DNA of 64,000 nt from Nibricoccus sp. (GTDB taxonomy: Bacteria > Verrucomicrobiota > Verrucomicrobiia > Opitutales > Opitutaceae): assembly GCA_047602425.1 (NCBI GenBank), contig JASGHG010000001.1, positions 4,192,001 to 4,256,000 on the forward strand, read 5' to 3'. Below are positions 62,811-64,000 of the stretch, piece after piece. Each line of letters starts with the position of its first letter. Positions within the stretch are counted from its first letter, which is position 1. A program made the position numbers and the translations under genes. The notes beneath the pieces are model-generated. The model did no database searches. It saw only the letters and a list, made by a program, of their open reading frames with translations, and was not told where the DNA came from.

Positions 62811-63593
62811 TCAACCGATCAACATGTAATAGGCAAAAGCCGACATGCCCACTAATCCGATGCCGGAAAAAAGAGCGAGGGAGATGTAGTTGACCACGAC
62901 GGTGCTGACATACAGGCCCACCGCTCCAGCAGTGATCGTGGCGATCGGCACAACCTCGCCTTGACACCAGAAGAGGATGCCGAGGAAGCCCACGCCCAGC
63001 GCGCAGCGAAAACGGACGACCGGGTAAAGGCTCATTTCGCCGAGGAAGAGCAAGACCATCAGCGCCAGATCAAAAATGCCGAAGTAAACAAACGGATTTG
63101 CGAGCAACGTCTGGTAATCGAAAGCAACGATCTCGGTGATCGAAGGCACGAGCAGACCGCTCATGCTGAAAAATAGCATCATGATGCACGCATAGCGGCC
63201 GATGCGCGCGGCGCGTTCCATGGAAATGGTTTTGTCGCGCTTGTCCTTGGTTTCGGCAGTGCGACCCTCGGCTGCGGCCAGCATGTCGTTCACGCTGAGA
63301 GGCGGAGCCAAATCGGCGGCGGCATTCACGGATTCGATGCGGTCCTTCGGCTTGATGGTGAGGACGCGTTTATCCGGGAAAACGACCGCTTTGAGGTCGG
63401 CGTTGGCGCCGATGGCGATCCATTGTTCTGTACCTGCCTCGTAGTACAGGGTCTGTTGGTCAACCTTGCCTGCTTCGGCGAGGGAGACGAGTTGCTCCTG
63501 AGTGAAAGGTCCGTGTGCCTCGGTTTCAGAAGCGTTTCGGATATAAAATTCCTGCGTGGCCATTGGCTTGGAGACTGGTTCGGGGTTGGGCAT
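62811..63593 (-). CDS. GYF_2 (DUF4339)-like domain membrane protein
   Basis: FYIR...HGPFTQEQL...W N-terminal motif plus about 5 TM segments. Confidence 0.75.
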   Translation of the reverse strand: MPNPEPVSKPMATQEFYIRNASETEAHGPFTQEQLVSLAEAGKVDQQTLYYEAGTEQWIAIGANADLKAVVFPDKRVLTIKPKDRIESVNAAADLAPPLSVNDMLAAAEGRTAETKDKRDKTISMERAARIGRYACIMMLFFSMSGLLVPSITEIVAFDYQTLLANPFVYFGIFDLALMVLLFLGEMSLYPVVRFRCALGVGFLGILFWCQGEVVPIATITAGAVGLYVSTVVVNYISLALFSGIGLVGMSAFAYYMLIG

Positions 63594-63679
63594 GCGGCAA
63601 GCGTATTGTCGCTCGCAGACAGGCGTGAACGCTCAGTGTACCATAGGTCTGCGCAGGAAAGTAAATTTTTATAAATCAG

Positions 63680-64000
63680 TTACATCCGCTGGAGCGTCCG
63701 CAAACCGAGCAAATGCAGTCCAGTTTCAAGAACGAGCAATGTGCGTGCGCACAACAGCAGGCGACGCGCACGAATCGGGAGATCGTCGACGAGGACTTTG
63801 TCGGCGTTGTTGAACGAGCTGTATTCCCCCGCGAGTTCAAAAAGGTAGAGACCGAGAAAATGCGGGCAAAGCGTATCGGTCGCCAAGCGCACGGCGTCGG
63901 GGAATTTGACGATTTTGTGGGCCAACGCGATCTCGGCTGGTGTCTCAAGGGAAGCGGCGGAGGCTTCGGAAGCCGCGTCGCCCGGCGTGGCGCCGGCCTT
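63680..64000 (-). CDS. argS: Arginine--tRNA ligase, C-terminal anticodon-binding domain (5' part outside window)
   Basis: PHFLGLYLFELA...RARRLLL...LETGLHLLGLRTLQRM terminal motif. Confidence 0.9.
   Translation of the reverse strand, partial: KAGATPGDAASEASAASLETPAEIALAHKIVKFPDAVRLATDTLCPHFLGLYLFELAGEYSSFNNADKVLVDDLPIRARRLLLCARTLLVLETGLHLLGLRTLQRM

Overview
A GC-rich bacterial chromosome segment. Gene content and style suggest Verrucomicrobiota, probably Opitutaceae; this is an inference, not a database result. It is mostly core genes: hrpA (5'-truncated), pepF, two corA, an S46 peptidase, ispD/ispF/ispE, pyrF, pyrD, ptsI, cysS, hemB, ilvB, a ymdB-like phosphoesterase, TolC, SurA/PpiD-like, YihY and the 3' end of argS. 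It also holds a surface-glycosylation cluster, two OppA-type binding proteins and a signalling cluster (HDOD protein, hybrid kinases, response regulator). I saw no rRNA, tRNA, CRISPR array, transposase or phage gene. The most unusual signal is a set of dispersed short-period repeat arms (6, 7, 8, 9 and 10 nt) and REP-like hairpins. They often occur as inverted pairs around unrelated interiors, show a polarity relative to gene starts and stops, stack in one intergenic hotspot, and sit in frame inside hrpA (three inserts) and in a duplicated oppA promoter/signal-peptide unit. Other notable points: a likely inactive EEP nuclease, a CaCA-fold protein lacking both alpha-repeat glutamates, a twin TGTCAT-N7-ATGACA palindrome plus structured leader before ilvB, a candidate sRNA, and four single-base frameshifts that are most likely sequence errors. 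All annotation is from manual motif recognition.
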